Source: Microbotryum violaceum
Taxonomy: Eukaryota
Reading direction: 5' to 3'
Assembly: GCA_001244265.2 (NCBI GenBank)
Contig: CDLV01000004.1
Location: forward strand, 2,914,001 to 2,978,000
Length of the DNA: 64,000 nt
A program made the translations under genes and the position numbers. Positions 32,043 to 50,688 of the stretch are shown here, in pieces. The notes beneath the pieces were generated by a model. The model was not told where the DNA came from. It was given only the letters and a program-made list of their open reading frames with translations, and did not search any database. How positions within the stretch are numbered: the first letter of the stretch is position 1; each line of letters starts with the position of its first letter.

Positions 32043-35000
32043 AGTTGGCGTGTTGTGAATGAGGATTAGCAGGAAGGCGGCTATCGGTTATTTGATTAGA
32101 AGCGCGCGTTTGTTTAGTGAAGCCTGGCGATGCGCACCAACCGTTGTCTTCTCTCCACGGTTGGATTACACGCTCGTCAGGTACGTACATCTAACACTAC
32201 GGCTACTATCATATGCAATTAACTGACGGTTGGATTACACGCTCGTCAGTCTCTTATTTGGTAGCGTCTGTATTGCCGCAAGGCACAGATCCGCACGCAG
32301 AAAAGACGCAGCGCATATCCAAGATGGCGACTCCCACGGCTGACCACATCAGTCTGATGGACGACCTATACGGCAAAGTCGACGCCACCAACTGGGGTGT
32401 TGCCAGGGAGCGACTTCAGAACGTCCTGAAAGGCGAGGGCCGCCTCAAGCACGTCACCGGTGTTCTAGACGTCGGCCCCGAGCCTTTGCAGTCCGAGTTC
32501 ACTCGCTTGGAGGGCGACAACCGGGTAGACGATGTGGCCGCCTATCGCAACCAACTTCGATTGTACCGTCAGGATGTCGACGCTCTCGATCAGGCCCTTG
32601 CGCAGGCGCGCAACACGCTAATTGTATGCTTGGGGGAGTCCACCTTCGCCCGCGTCAAAGCCAACGCCACGCACGATCTGTGGGCCGCGCTCGATAAGGA
32701 TCTCGGTCGCGCTTCGGACGATTTCATGCGCTCAGCGAAGCTCGACGCCCTTTTCTTGTGTGAGCCATTTGTCGACGGCGAAGCGCTCGACCCATGGCTT
32801 GCGAACTTCAACCGGTTGTTTGAGGACCTCGTCGCCGCCCACGTCTCCCGTGACAAAGCCTATCAACGCGCCAGGATCGACGGCACATCGTTCACCCAGA
32901 GCGATTTCGACAAGTGGGTACCTCCGCCCGCGCTGTCCGAGGGCGTTCGCATGGACCTCTTGAAGGCTAGGATGCCGAGGAACCTCGTGACGTTCATCGA
33001 CTCCATCGGCACGCTCCCATCGCTCGAGCAAGTTGAGGGCGCGATACGTAGGGCCGCACTTTCCTCGAGCCAACAAATCGAGCCCATCGCGGAGGCATTA
33101 GCGGCACGGGTGCAGTCTCGGAGTCAGCCAGCCTCGGGTCGTCCTCGCTCGAAACCCTCGGGCCGTCCTTCCGGTCCCTCGGCGCCCCCCTTCCTTCAGG
33201 CCTCGAGGGTGCCCGGCCTCAAGGAGAGGTGGCCTCACGGGATCTCGCACGCTGGTCGCCTGAAACTGGGTCGGATGCAGTGCAGAAGGTGCTACAAGCA
33301 GGGACATCTTGGCGACGAATGCACGGTGCCGTCGGCAGAGGTCTCTCGCCGCCGCATCGCTGTTCTCACCAAACACAACATCACCATTGGCGCGGCCGAC
33401 GTAATGGCGCTTGTCGCCGTCGACCGTGCACCCGAGGCTCAGCTCGAGGACGAGGCCTACGAGGGATACTTTGTCGTCGGCGTACCCAGTGGTGACGACG
33501 ACATGGCGCTGTACCTGAGCGACATCCCGCGCTACTTGCTTGATTCGGGTGCGACCCGCCACATGACGACTTGCCGGGACCTCCTCATCGACTTCAAGCC
33601 CTTCACCACGGGGCGCGTCCGGGTCGTTGGCGCCTTCAACTCCAGTGCCATGGCGACCGGTACGGGCACTCTCCGGTTCGGTGTCGACAAAGCGTCCATC
33701 GAGCTCCACAACGTCCTCCTCATCCCGGGTCTGTCCGCTGAACTCGTCTCACTCGCCGGCCTGATGAAGGACGGGTATGAGCTATCCAACGAGTGCGACG
33801 TGGCTGGGAAACATACCGGGATCGTGATCTTGAGCGCAACCTCCCGCCTTTCCTTCACCCTCGATCGCAACCACTATGTGCTTCAGGCAAGTTCTCACCC
33901 ACCTCCTCGGGCGGATCACCTGGCGCTGACTGCCACCACCTTGCCTACAGACGTAGTGCTTTGGCATCAGCGCTTGGGTCATCCTTCTTGGGGTCGTTTG
34001 GTAGAGCTTGTTAGGTCGGGTCAAATTCCACTCAATGTAGCAGCTGTAACTCCGGATCAGATTCGCCTCCTCGATCAGTGCGATGCTTGTTGCGCCGGCA
34101 AAACCGTCTCTTCCCCGAACCGGGAACCCGCGAGCCACCCCGCGGACGCACCTTTCTCCCGTGTCTTTGCCGATGTGTGGGGTCCTTCCCCTGTGCCCGC
34201 ACTTTCGGGTGCTCGTTACCTCTGCGGCATCACGGACGAGTTTTCGCGCTTCCGCTGGGCTCGCAGCATCCGGCTCAAGAGTGACTCATCAGCCGTCCTT
34301 CAGGATTTTGTTGCGATGTTGAAGACCCAGTACGGGGGCCAGGGCGTCACGACGCTGCGCACGGACAGAGGGGGCGAGTTTGTGAACCACAGGCTCCGGG
34401 ATTGGCTCGCCGCGCGGGGCATTTTCCATGAGCTCTCCACAGCGTACGAGCACGGCCAGATGGGCGTTCAGGAACGCAGCTGGCGAACGATCTTCAACTC
34501 CGTTTGCGCCTGGCTCCATCACTCGGGACTGCCTCCCGCACTTTGGGATGAAGCGGCGCACACCGCAATCTACGTCATAAATCTGCTCCCCTCGTCGCCG
34601 CTCCAGCAGCGCACCCCAGACTCTGTGCTGCATGAACCCTCGGACCCGGTCACGGACACCCGCTGCCCCGTCTTGACCGTGTCAAGACCTGGGGCTGTGC
34701 CGCTCACGTGCCGCTCACCCCCGAGCAACGTCCCAACAAGCTGGCCCCGCGATCCCGCCTCTGCTACTTTGTTGGCTACTCCTCGCGATCCAAGGCCTGG
34801 CGCTTCTTCGATCCGGTTTGCAACAAGGTCTTTGAGTCGTCTCAGGCCAGGTTCTTTGAGTACCGTTTCTTTCCCGCTGCGGTGAGCCCTGCCATGCCTG
34901 CCATCCCTGTTGCGGTCGGTTTGTCTTACCCGCCCGCGCCGCTCAGCATCGGTTCCGCCGCTGCGCCCCTGTCACCGAAGCGCCGGCCGTGGCTCCCGCT

Positions 35001-37012
35001 GCCGCCGCTCCGCCACCCGTTCCGCCCGCCCTCGCATTTTCGAACCCTGGCCCGGCAAACGCACCGCCCGATGGTGATCGCTCCACCCGGACCCGCCGTC
35101 CGCCTGACTACCTCGGATTTGCTCACGCGGCACAGCATTGGGAGTTTGCCGACCACGCGGCCATCCAGTTCGATGACTTTGACAAAGGTGACCCTGACAC
35201 GCAGAGGTACTCGTTTGAGGAAGTCTCTGCGCTCCTCGCCAAGATCAACAGCGATGACACTCCTTTGGTCCAGGCCGCCCTCGCTGGCCCCTTTTGTGAT
35301 TACTGGCTGGCCGCCATGTTGGTGGAGGAGGGAGCTCTCGCCGCTAAGAACACGTTCTCCAAGCCGGTTCGACCCCGCCCGGGGCCATTGTCATTGAGAG
35401 CATGTGGGTACTCCTCGTCAAGCGCAATGCGGAGGGTCAAATTGTCAAGTACAAAGCTCGACTTGTTGCGTGCGGGGACATGCAAAGACGTCGGGGGTGC
35501 ATATCAATTCGTTCTCGCTCACAGGTTGAGCTGCCTCCCATCGACTGTTACTCGCCCTCGCCGTCGAGAACGAGTGGGAGACCCGCCAGTTCGACGTCTC
35601 GTCTGCGTACGTCAACGGCAACATTGGCGGGACCAAGATCTACATGCGACTACCCGGAGGTGATATTGTGCGCTTGCAGCGCGCTCTCTACGGCCTTGTT
35701 CAGGCGGGCCGCGAGTGGTACAAGGTCTTCACTGAATGGATCCTGTCCATTGGCTTCACCTGCACCGACAGTGACCATGCCGTTTTCGTTTGCAAAGAGG
35801 GGGATTGACGGTCTTTCCTCTCCATTCATGTCGACGACGGTCTGCTCACGGGTGACGGGGATCTCGACGGCGTGCTCTGTCAGCTCAAGGCTCGGTTCGA
35901 AGCTCACAGCACCGACGAGGCTTCCTTCTTCCTCGGCCAGAGCATCCGTCGTGAGGGCAAGACGGGTGCTGCGATCGTCAACCAGGGACATTTCGTCAAT
36001 GCCATCCTCGAGGAACACCACATGGCCAATGCCTCCCCCGCCCCACGCCTCTCGCGGCTCCGTCGACTCTGAGGAATCGCGCTGACTCCGGTTTTGATCC
36101 TGCCTCGATCCCTATCGCGCCATTGTAGGCAAGCCCTTATACCTCTCTGGCACCACCCAACCCGACATTGCGTTTGCCGTTTCAAAGGCTGCTCGTTTCT
36201 GCAACGACTTCACGGCGGAGCATTGGGAGGCGCTCAAACACATCCTGCGCTACCTTGTCGGTACCCGCAATTTTGGCATCCGCTATCAGAAGTTCTTCCA
36301 GCCTATGTTGGCAATCTTGGAGGGATTCGTCGATGCTGATCATGGCACCGACCCGGTCACTCGCCGGAGCGTCTCGGGCTACGTGTTCATGTGCGCTGGT
36401 GGGCCTATATCTTGGATTGCCAAGCGACAGACTCTCGTCACCCTCTCCAGTACCGAGGCCGAGTATGTGGCCATGTCATACGCCGCTCGCGAGGGGATTT
36501 GGTTACGTCGTTTGCTTGCGGATCTTGGCTTCGAGCAGACCGCTCCGACTCGTTTGCGGGGTGACAACCAGTCCGCCATCACTCTGGCCAAGCACCCGGC
36601 TTTCCATGCTCGTACCAAACATATTGGCATCCACTTTCACTTCATCCGGGACCACATTGCGGAAGGCACGATCGAGATGGTCTGGGTGCCCACGGGCACC
36701 ATGGCTGCGGACGTCCTCACCAAGGGGCTCGGGACACAGAAGCACTATCAGTTTGTACACACGATGGGGCTTATAGATTCATCGCGTGAAGGGGCGAGTT
36801 GGCGTGTTGTGAATGAGGATTAGCAGGAAGGCGGCTATCAGTTATTTGATTAGAAGCGCGCGTTTGTTTAGTGAAGCCTGGCGATGCGCACCAACCGTTG
36901 TCTTCTCTCCACGGTTGGATTACATGCTCGTCAGGTACGTACATCTAGCACTACGGCTACTATCATATGCAATTAACTGGCGGTTGGATTACACGCTCAT
37001 CAGTCTCTTATT
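32043..37012 (+). mobile_element. Copia-3: full-length Ty1/Copia element with non-canonical AG...TT LTR termini
   Basis: 216-bp LTRs 32043-32258 and 36797-37012, TSD GAACG, PBS TGGTAGCG (tRNA-iMet type) at 32259, purine tract before 36797. Gag CRRCYKQGHLGDEC, protease LLDSGA, integrase RTDRGGEF, RT HVDD, RNase H TEAEY; 3' half frameshifted. Confidence 0.95.
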
Positions 37013-37579
37013 GAACGGAGCAGGCTCGCCAATGGGGAGCGCGCCAATTACACAATGCGCTCGGACCATCTGAGGCCCAATCGACCGAAATTGCAGACTT
37101 TGGATCGCTGTAGCTCCACCCACAGCTTATGAAAGCTCTCGCCACTTAGGGTATGTCATTTTAAGAGCACAAAGAAAAATAGTGTCCCTCACTTTTGCAT
37201 GAATGCGCCTACTTGCCAAGTTACAGAGAACCACCCCAAAATGGCCCTGAAATTTCGGACGGCAACTGGGCCAAGCGCGCCAATAACTCGTAAGCCACTC
37301 CCAGAGGGAGGGCTTAGTTGAGCTTAGTACAAGCCCCTTCCACAGAGTGGAGGGTTTTGAGCTTAGGCTTGCGCCAGGCCCGGTTGCCCTCCGCTTCCTG
37401 GGGCGGTACCGTTGCTGAGGGGTGCGCTTGCGCTAACTTGCGCGCGCCAAATTGAGTTAGCGCACTTGAGTTGGCGCAGTCGAGCGCCCGAGTTAGCGCA
37501 CTTGAGTTGGCGCACTCGCTTTTCGGCTTTTGCTGCAAGAGTTTGACGCTGAGGACTTTAGCGCGCGCGACTTCAACAC

Positions 37580-37700
37580 CCACAGCCGTAAGCCGTGCCC
37601 GCACGCAGGCCTCCCGTCGTAAGCCGTGCCCGCACGCAGGCCTCCTGCCGTAAGCCGTGCTCGCACGCCTGGCTCGAGCATAAGCCTTGGCCCGTAAGCA
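37580..37700. repeat. ~31-bp tandem repeats (CGTAAGCCGTGCCCGCACGCAGGCCTCC...), with an inverted partial copy at 40920-40967
   Basis: About three direct units are visible; the reverse complement of 37654-37700 recurs just left of the Copia-4 LTR. Confidence 0.8.
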
Positions 37701-37878
37701 GGACCCCAGAAAGCCCAGCCGGAGGCGCATTTTTTTTTTTTGACATTTTGAAGACCCAAAATCCCGAAAATTGTCGAGACGCATTGCAAAAAATTGACAT
37801 TTTGGGACGAAATGCACGTTTTGCCCCCGAGGCGCATTTGCAAATTTTGACATTTTTCCCCTGAGCAGCCTTTGGCAT

Positions 37879-38210
37879 GACTTTGGGCCCGTTCGCCTTT
37901 GAGACGCGCTTCGCGATGCTCCATAGCAAAAAACCACCCCTGAAATGGGACGATCCGGGATCATCCGGGATCGGGCCCCGATTTGAAATCCCGCATCGCA
38001 TTTGAAATGCATTTGAAATCGTCTGCCGATTTCAAATGCATTTCAAATCACTCTGAGATCGCGCGCCGCGATTTGAAATGCATTTCAAATCGCTCCGCCG
38101 ATTTCAAATCGGGGCCCGATCTCGGAATGATCCCGGGATCGTCCCATTTCAGGGTGGTTTTTTGCTATGGAGCATCGCACGCGCGTCAAAGCGCTGCTCG
38201 TGCCCAAGTC
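37879..38210. repeat. ~330-bp imperfect palindrome (foldback/MITE-like)
   Basis: Arms GCGATGCTCCATAGCAAAAAACCACCC...GGGCCCCGATTTGAAAT and its reverse complement; centre made of repeated ATTTGAAATGCATTT(G/C)AAAT. Confidence 0.85.
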
Positions 38211-38299
38211 CGCGCTCAAACCAGCGTCGCTCGAGGCAGTTGCAACAAAGGGGAGGATGGATGACGTTGGAGGATCCGAGAAATTAACTTCTACCTCTG

Positions 38300-39900
38300 T
38301 AAGCCTCCCAAGACAAGGCGGTTTGTGACCGAGCAATGGCTTAGCCGCTAGCATGCTAACATCACGACCGCGGGAGGGATCGGTAAGCAAAGCTTGAATC
38401 ACTATGATGTCGTTCCCACCCATGTTCATTGTGGCTTGAGCATTTGCCAGCGACGACCATCTCGGTGCCCATGTATTGATGTGCTCTGGCATCTGTGTGA
38501 GGATTGCGCTTCAGCTCAACATCACCATTCAGTGTGACACAGACGCGACATACTTTGTAAAAAATGTCTAGTCCGTTGGCATACTTGTTCCAAGGCTCGG
38601 TAATCTCGAATATCCGAAGATTTTGAGGAGCTCCCAGTCGTACCTTGCTTGAGAGATATCTGTATAGCGCTCGTTCGCTGGGTGTATGGACATACAATAC
38701 AGCGAATCGAGTACCCTGACGTTCCGCTGGCCAGTCGGGGCGAAGCTTGCGATCGGTTGCCAGCCGGCTTTGCATATGCTGTATCGCCGGCGTATTGTTT
38801 TGCAGCATGTTCCGTGGCGGCCACTTGACGGGCTCCAAACGCAGAGAGTTGGTGTGTTGTGAATGAGGATTAGCAGGAAGGTGGCTATCGGTTATTTGAT
38901 TAGAAGCGCGCGTTTGTTTAGTGAAGCCTGGCGATGCGCACCAACCGTTGTCTTCTCTCCATGGTTGGATTACACACTCGTCAGTCTCTTATTCAGAGTC
39001 CCGCGCTCGACTTGATAGGGCTCGATCAAAAAGCGCATTTGCGACTGAACAACAGGTACGATGCCAAATGTTTTGGTGGATGGGGTGTAGAGCAGCGGGT
39101 TGACTATATTTGACACGGTGGTTGAGTGCCGTGGGAAAAATGCCGAGGTTTTGCGCCTCAGACGATGTAATTCCACAGTGAGCCAGAGGTCGTAGTGCCC
39201 CACGAATGGTTTTCCGGTACGGTTGAACGTCCCAACCTGCGAATACAAGGGATAATGGGTGAGAATGGTTGCCGCTTCTTCGAATTGCGACGGTGGAGTT
39301 GGACTGACCGTGAGATTGTGCACTAGCACGTATTGACATGGCACGGAGAAACACCAGACTTTGGAAACCGTTGGCGAAGGTTCCGATGGATGCCTCCTTC
39401 GAAACTGTTGGTGTCACGCTGGCAGGAATATAAACGGACACCGTCATCCGCCTTTCCATCTGGCCCTCCGCAAGGCCCAAGGTCGGTGTACAGCTCGATG
39501 CCAACTGGATCCGAAACTTGGCCTTTCCGAATCGCCTCAAGACATCTCTTCGCTGCCTCGTGCGCCGCTTTGTTGAAAAGTGGTTGCTTCGACTTCGCAT
39601 CGACCGAGCTTCTCAAAGGCCTCCCGGACCAAAGGTTCGAGAATGCCTGGCGGAGGGATCCATCGACGAACGCGTCTCCAAAGCTTCTTATTGCATACCG
39701 GCGAACGGACCGCTTCTTCCCACGTCATTCCGAGTTTTGCTAGGCGAGCCTCCATCAGGAGTAGAACATCCGCACTCGGGATGAAAACCGCATCGGAGAA
39801 GGCGCAAGCAAAGGCTTTGGCAGCGCCATGTTTTTTGGACACATAGATCCGGTCAAATAAATGCCAGAGATCGATTAGAATTTGCACAGCGGTATCGTCT
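38300..39900 (-). pseudogene. DDE transposase relic with DxxH motif, tentatively Dada-like
   Basis: Fragments ILIDLWHLFDRIYVSKKHG, VRRWIPPP, LFNKAA...GQVSDP, LYSCQRDTNSFEGGIH and GHYDLWL; frameshifted and split by a solo LTR. Superfamily assignment is from recalled motifs only. Confidence 0.5.
38847..38993 (+). mobile_element. Solo LTR of Copia-3 (147 bp, one internal repeat unit missing)
   Basis: AGTTGG...CTCTTATT flanked by TSD CAGAG (38842-38846, 38994-38998). Confidence 0.92.
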
Positions 39901-40967
39901 GAGGAAGGGACTAGTGAAAGGGGATAGTTCGAGATACATACATCAGCTCCAGCCCCGGCGCCAGGACTGGCGCAAGTCCGTAGTCACTGACCTTTGCTTG
40001 TTGCAGCCTTGCCCCAGATAGCTTTGCCAGCTGCTTCATTTTGGCATCCGTGTTATCGGCGCTTCGTTTCCGAAAGAAGCGTGACAGCAGTTGCATCGTA
40101 GGATATGGCACGTTGCAGCATGAGGGACAAGGGGATGGCCGCGTGCGGCGCACCTGATTGCGCCAACTCAGTGCGCCAACTTAATCGACTCTTTCGTAGA
40201 AGCGCGGCTAGGTAGCGGGTATGAGTCGAGTTGCAGTATCAGGCATGAAACCCGGCATCCCGAGCTCAAAAATAGGACAATTTGCTTGGAAAGCGTGGAT
40301 CCTATTAGTACTCAGAAATACTGCAAAGACTGGGAGGCTTGGCATACCTTTGCTTGGAAAGCGTGACCCACTTGAAAGAAGGAAACCGACCCTGAGCGCT
40401 GGCACGTTGGGTGGCAAGTGTAGTCTGTAGCGCAAGGTAGCCAAGTAAGCCAGCATGCCCAACAAGGACAGTTGTGAGCAGGAGTACCAAAAGGTAGAGC
40501 CTGATGCGGGGGAGTGATGTACCTTAGCTCCGGGAGCGTGACTCGGTGCTCAGCAGAAGAAGGTGCGGCTACACTGGCTGGTGTAGGGCAGAACGGCTGC
40601 ATACAGGGTATGAACAGTCAGTCAACAATCCAACAAGGAAGGTTGAGAAGAAGAGGCGTACGCAGTGGGCAGCTGTCCGTCGTAGTGTGGCAGGGCAGAA
40701 GACTGGGAGGCAGTTGCGTGTTCGTATCGCTGGGGAGGTTCAGTGAGATGCTCGGAACCGGTCAGCCAGAGGGCGTGAGAGCAGGAAGAGATCTAGGACG
40801 GCAACCAACCTTGGCAGGAGGTGGCAAAGGTACGCAGCGAATACTGGTACGGCAACAGCAGGCAGTGCGGAACTGACCCAGTGCGGCGGGAGCGTGCTTG
40901 GGGAAATTCCTGCGCGGATGCGGCTTACGGGCCAAGGCTTATGCTCGAGGCAGGCGTGCGAGCACGG

Positions 40968-45611
<4,644 letters not shown>

Positions 45612-46690
45612 CTCACCATCAGGAGCCCTTGCTCGACCGACCGGAGGAGGGGTGTTATCTCGACTGTCGCCACCCAGAGCCAACGCTCTACGGGCAGCAA
45701 TAGGAGCCGTCGCTCGATCGTCGGTGCCAGGAGCCTGAGCTCGACCGGCCCCGTCGAGAGCAAAATCTTGTTCGACGGCATCATCGCCGTTGATGTCGAG
45801 GGATCCGGTCGGAGGATCGCCGAAGAGGATAGTTGGCGAATCCTCGCGAAGATCAGCCCCGTCCGAATCCCCCTGATGAAGTTCGAATGAGCTCTCGTCG
45901 AAGTTCGCGTCATTCGATACGAACACAGTGTTGGTGTTGGGTCGCCAGAACATCCATCCCTGCTCCGCGTAGCCAATGAAACGAGCCTTGGCTCTTGGCG
46001 GTTCAATCTTCGAGGCACGACGTTCTGGCGCAATCCGGATGTACGCCACGCAACCCCATACGCGAATATGCGAGACATTGGGCTTGCGAAGGTGGTACAT
46101 TTCGAAGGATTTCGAACCCGGTAACGCGGCGGCAGATCGACAATTGCTCACATACGTAAATGTGTTCGCCGCGAAGCCCAGAAGAACAACGGTAACCCCG
46201 AGACCAGGAGCCAGATCCGCACCGTCTCGAACATAGTGCGCCATCCTCGTTCGATGACTCCGTTCTGATAGTGGGCGTATGGAACTGCGGTCCTGTGCTC
46301 GATGCCCCGCTCCCGAAAGAATGCCTTCAGGGAGTTGTTGACGAACTCTCCTCCATTGTCGGAGTGGAATATTGCCACGTTGCAGTCGCGACTTCGCTCG
46401 ACTCGCTGAATGAACTCAACAACGAGAGCAGTGACGCTGGACTTCTTGCCTATCGGAAAACTCCATCGGAAGCGCGAGTAGTCGTCGATCAGGCCTAAAA
46501 CCATGACCTCGCCGGCGAAGTTCTCGTGGCGCACCGGACCCCAGAGATTGGCGTGAATGGCGTGGAGTGGCTTCTCGGCGCGGGAAGCCGGACCTTTCGA
46601 GATTTTGGCGTGAACACCTCTTCCTTGCATGCAGCCATGACGTTTTGCTACGTCAAAACCTTCTCCCTTGATGCTCAACCCCATAACAGT
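45612..46690 (-). mobile_element. Copia-5 fragment (integrase core and downstream region)
   Basis: IHANLWGP, LIDDYSRFRW, FHSDNGGEF, YQNGVIER, HIRVWGCVAY and RFIGYA; no LTR. Confidence 0.88.
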
Positions 46691-46810
46691 CTATTATAGA
46701 ACCTTTCTTGTAAATCTTTCCAATGAGGCCGCACATAGCAGCCGGAGCTGCCGCAGAAGCTTGACACAGAGTCCAATTGGGACTTAGAGTCGACGCATTG
46801 CAATAGCCTG

Positions 46811-50520
<3,710 letters not shown>

Positions 50521-50580
50521 GAATGCAAAGGTCTAAGGGGAAGTGTTGAAGGTGTTAATAGACCTTGCAATGATATCAGG

Positions 50581-50652
50581 AGCCGGATAGCTCAGTGGTC
50601 AAAGCTTTTCCGATTAATGGAAGCGACCCAGGTTCGACTCCTGGTCCAGCCG
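50581..50652 (+). tRNA. tRNA-like cloverleaf, probably a pseudogene; nominal anticodon TTA in a non-canonical loop
   Basis: A box TAGCTCAGTGG, T arm CCAGG-TTCGACT-CCTGG, anticodon stem TTTCC/GGAAG, acceptor AGCCGGA/TCCAGCC with 2 mismatches, TTTT shortly downstream. Loop GATTAAT lacks U33. Confidence 0.6.
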
Positions 50653-50688
50653 TTCTTCTTCTTTTGTTGATCATTTCGGGATATCCTA

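Larger units (their letters stand above)
25039..37365 (-). mobile_element. AcademH-like DNA transposon copy B (inverted relative to A), carrying Copia-1b and Copia-3 insertions; RecQ-like SF2 helicase relic (+, ~25420-25664 and 30318-30900) and transposase relic (-, ~30909-31990)
   Basis: Ends TAAGCTC (25039) and GAGCTTA (37365). Helicase motifs PRPVQIEAI, APTSSGKS and IVVSPLNAL; transposase YFHVTVDNVD and ELLHGTFGYA. Convergent helicase/transposase layout as in AcademH. Confidence 0.75.
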
